Positions 31,178 to 32,000 of a stretch of 32,000 nucleotides of DNA are shown here, in pieces. Source of the DNA: an uncultured archaeon (GTDB lineage: Archaea > Iainarchaeota > Iainarchaeia > Iainarchaeales > Iainarchaeaceae). The stretch is from the NCBI GenBank assembly GCA_964577555.1, contig CAZNZM010000004.1, positions 23,200 to 55,199 on the forward strand, written 5' to 3'. Position 1 is the first letter of the stretch. Each line of letters begins with the position of its first letter. Made by a program: the position numbers and the translations under genes. The notes below the pieces were generated by a model. The model was not told the origin of the DNA and did no database searches. It was given only the letters and a program-made list of their open reading frames with translations.

Positions 31178-31320
31178 TAAAAGAAGAAAAAGCACAAGGT
31201 TCAACAGAAACACTATTAGCATTAGGATTGGCAGTAGTAGCAGCTGTAACAGTGGGATTTTTTATCAAAAACTACGTAACCGAAAAAATAGCCCCGGAAG
31301 TGGAGGAAAAGATTGATTAA
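31174..31320 (+). CDS. 48-aa mini-pilin-like protein with class III signal-like N terminus
   Basis: ATG at 31174 overlaps the upstream stop (ATGA). Translation MIKEEKAQGSTETLLALGLAVVAAVTVGFFIKNYVTEKIAPEVEEKID. Absent from the supplied track, probably because of length. Confidence 0.75.
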   Translation: MIKEEKAQGSTETLLALGLAVVAAVTVGFFIKNYVTEKIAPEVEEKID

Positions 31321-31392
31321 GGAGTTTGACTAACTTATACGTAACAAAAATTATTCATTTTAAAAAAGAAAAAAATGGAGGATGATAAAAAA

Positions 31393-31779
31393 ATGAACAC
31401 AAAAGGACAAGGAGCACTAGAATACCTACTACTAATCGGAGGAGCAGTAGTAGTAGCAGCAATAGTAGTAATAATACTCCTACAACTAGGAGGCACAAGC
31501 GGAACCGCAACAACCGCAACAACAATGTCATCAACAGCAACACAACTAGCAACATTAGCAAATTCAACACCAAACTGCGGTGACTTAGTTGGAGATTCTG
31601 GAATAAGCTCAGCATACATGTGGAACAGCAAAGACAAAACATGCTGGATATCAAGCGGAACACACCCAAACTGCACAGCAACAAAAACAAGTGCAACGAC
31701 AGAAACCACATGTTGCTCAGCTGGAGCTGGATGTAGTGCAACAGCTAATAGTGGTGCCCAAAGATATACATTAATTTAA
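31393..31779 (+). CDS. Type IV pilin-like protein with class III signal peptide, Cys-containing
   Basis: MNTKGQGALEYLLLIGGAVVVAAIVVIILLQLGG (KG|QGALE). SD-like ggagg at 31378-31382 precedes ATG 31393. The track start at 31375 would place the SD inside the CDS. Confidence 0.88.
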   Translation: MNTKGQGALEYLLLIGGAVVVAAIVVIILLQLGGTSGTATTATTMSSTATQLATLANSTPNCGDLVGDSGISSAYMWNSKDKTCWISSGTHPNCTATKTSATTETTCCSAGAGCSATANSGAQRYTLI

Positions 31780-31801
31780 ATTTAAAAACACAAAAAAACC
31801 C

Positions 31802-31821
31802 GAACCTCCTCTTGGAGGTTC
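31802..31821 (+). terminator. Stem-loop between tandem pilin genes
   Basis: gaacctcc-tctt-ggaggttc, perfect 8-bp stem with 4-nt loop, followed by accctttaatttttaac. Confidence 0.55.
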
Positions 31822-31931
31822 ACCCTTTAATTTTTAACAAAAAAAAACTATTTCTACAAAAGCAAAAACTATTTAAATACAAAAAAAAGAAGTAATTGTA
31901 AAAAATAAGAAAAAAAAGGCGAACAAAAAAA

Positions 31932-32000
31932 ATGAACACAAAAGCACAAGGAGCACTAGAATACCTACTACTAATCGGAGGAGCAGTAGTAGTAGCAGCA
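31932..32000 (+). CDS. Second type IV pilin-like gene (truncated by window end)
   Basis: MNTKAQGALEYLLLIGGAVVVAA; nucleotide sequence almost identical to the start of the pilin gene at 31393. Confidence 0.85.
   Translation, partial: MNTKAQGALEYLLLIGGAVVVAA

Overview
The window looks like AT-rich archaeal chromosome, probably DPANN-like, judging by the CDC48/VAT ATPase, small RFC subunit, Nre family protein, Lrp-like regulators, Tad/FlaI-FlaJ-like secretion genes and class III signal-peptide pilins. The whole + strand is strongly enriched in A and C over T and G, in coding and intergenic DNA alike. This produces many long shadow ORFs antisense to the real genes. Main content, left to right: (1) a minus-strand group of Lrp-like regulator, stand-alone NFACT-R protein and CDC48 ATPase; (2) a ~9.4 kb minus-strand locus (3558-12989) with six membrane-anchored, pseudopilin-like or otherwise N-terminally anchored proteins, most of them Cys-containing (one with a VWA-like MIDAS and a PKD-like domain), a double-length FlaJ/TadC-like protein, a divergent secretion ATPase with an N-terminal CxxC-x10-CxxC, and two coiled-coil proteins; (3) a divergent 685-aa Cys-rich anchored protein; (4) topoisomerase IA, an Lrp regulator and a 515-aa protein that looks like a degenerate, probably non-catalytic class III ribonucleotide reductase (NrdD) relative; (5) a methylthiotransferase, RFC small subunit, Nre with a C-terminal PIP-like motif, and bacterial-type ThrRS; (6) a second, more canonical type IV pilus-like locus (27338-32000) with ATPase, two TadC/FlaJ proteins, an unlisted 48-aa mini-pilin and tandem pilin genes with nearly identical 5' ends. 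The best candidates for undescribed biology are the Cys-rich pseudopilin/VWA secretion locus, the NrdD-like protein, and the NFACT-R/CDC48 neighbourhood. All family calls come from motif recognition by eye; no searches were run.
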